A stretch of DNA of 64,000 nt from Reyranella sp. (GTDB lineage Bacteria; Pseudomonadota; Alphaproteobacteria; Reyranellales; Reyranellaceae), in assembly GCF_004296935.1 (NCBI RefSeq), contig NZ_SCVH01000097.1, positions 6,093-70,092 on the forward strand, in the 5' to 3' direction. This document shows, in pieces, positions 63,251-64,000 of this stretch. A program made the position numbers and the translations under genes. The notes beneath the pieces were generated by a model. It saw only the letters and a list, made by a program, of their open reading frames with translations, had not been told where the DNA came from and searched no databases. Position 1 is the stretch's first letter, and every line of letters begins with the position of its first letter.

Positions 63251-64000
63251 ATGCACCCGATCGTTCGGTCCGTCGCCGCGCTCGTGCTCGCGTTTGGCAT
63301 TGCCTCTCCGCTCGCCGCCCAAACCAACTGGCCGGACAAGCCGGTCAAGCTCGTCGTTGGGTTCACCGCGGGCAGCGCGACCGACGTCACGGCGCGCATG
63401 TTCGCGCAGAAATTCACCGAGGCCTGGGGCCAGGCGGTGGTGGTCGAGAACGTCACCGGCAACTCGGGCGCCATCGGCGTCGACAAGGTCGCCAAGGCAG
63501 TGCCCGACGGTTACACGCTGATGTGGTCGGGCAACGCCGCGATCACCATCCTGCCCAGCCTGCAGGCCCTGCCGTTCGATCCTCTGAAGGACCTGGCGCC
63601 GATCTCGACCTCGCTGTCCATGCCGTCGATCTTCTTTGTCAACAACGACCTGCCAGTGAAGTCGATCGCCGACCTGATCGCCCATGCCAAGGCCAACCCC
63701 GGCAAGCTCTCCTTCGGCACGCCGGGCGTCGGCACGCCGCAGCACATCGCGGGTGAACTGTTCTGCCGTCTCGCCGGAATCAAGATGGAGCACATCCCCT
63801 ACCGCGGCGCCAACATGGCCGACGTGATGAGCGGCGTCGTTCCGGTCGGCATCCAGAACGCAGGCGCGGCGATGCCGCTGGTGCGCGATGGCCGCCTGCG
63901 CGGTATCGCCATCACCTCGCTCAAGCGTTCGGCCAACGCACCTGACCTGCCGACCGTGGCCGAGCAGGGCTTCCCCGGCTTCGAGGCGACCTCGTGGTTC
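63251..64000 (+). CDS. Bug-family (TctC-like) tripartite tricarboxylate transporter substrate-binding protein; 3' end outside window
   Basis: Not in the supplied ORF track because no stop lies in the window. ATG 63251 is preceded by GGAGG. Signal peptide MHPIVRSVAALVLAFGIASPLAAQ, then WPDKPVKLVVGFTAGSATD and GTPGVGTPQH, which are Bug/TctC signatures. Confidence 0.8.
   Translation, partial: MHPIVRSVAALVLAFGIASPLAAQTNWPDKPVKLVVGFTAGSATDVTARMFAQKFTEAWGQAVVVENVTGNSGAIGVDKVAKAVPDGYTLMWSGNAAITILPSLQALPFDPLKDLAPISTSLSMPSIFFVNNDLPVKSIADLIAHAKANPGKLSFGTPGVGTPQHIAGELFCRLAGIKMEHIPYRGANMADVMSGVVPVGIQNAGAAMPLVRDGRLRGIAITSLKRSANAPDLPTVAEQGFPGFEATSWF

Noticed and set aside
1-64000. tRNA, rRNA, tmRNA, CRISPR arrays, IS elements, integrases, prophage genes, toxin-antitoxin pairs.
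   Set aside because: Searched by eye for T-loop-like GGTTCGAATCC-type strings, regularly spaced repeats, transposase or integrase-like translations, and small paired ORFs. None was found. A tRNAscan/Infernal/ISfinder run would be needed to exclude them formally.

Overview
GC-rich chromosomal segment, almost certainly alphaproteobacterial: it carries a PhyR / NepR / EcfG general stress response (GSR) module, which is restricted to that class. I can support about 60 tightly packed protein-coding genes. I found no rRNA, tRNA, CRISPR array, transposase, integrase or phage genes. Left third (1-21 kb): mixed catabolic and housekeeping genes. These include an AppA-like phosphatase, rpiB, a carboxylesterase / enolase-superfamily / amidohydrolase operon, a TetR-linked Gfo-Idh-MocA / DUF993 / sugar-phosphate-isomerase triad, an oligopeptide-type ABC binding protein, AsmA, DsbA-like, SDR, HAD, and an aminotransferase. 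Middle (21-46 kb): an RND efflux pump with two tandem adaptor genes and no outer-membrane gene, aqpZ, a patatin-like lipoprotein, a membrane-sensor class III nucleotide cyclase, an HDAC-family enzyme, and a complete but unusually arranged GSR locus. The GSR locus has phyR, two tandem ecfG-like sigma genes followed by nepR, an HWE/HisKA2 kinase, small envelope stress proteins, and several consensus GGAAC-N16/17-CGTT promoters. Right third (47-62.5 kb): a coenzyme F420 region. It holds fbiC, a translationally coupled fgd-cofE-cofD-cofC operon, gnd and gntK, and nine luciferase-like (LLM) oxidoreductase paralogues. Most unusual observation: a roughly 287-bp non-coding module occurs twice in direct orientation (21378-21664 and 53977-54262), each time filling the gap between convergent genes. 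Each copy has a sigma70-type promoter, a roughly 64-nt terminated RNA candidate, and arrays of TGGTCCA and TGGCACA heptamers. The conserved blocks sit at identical offsets in both copies. I cannot assign the module to any family I know. All calls rest on reading the sequence and translations by eye, with no database search.
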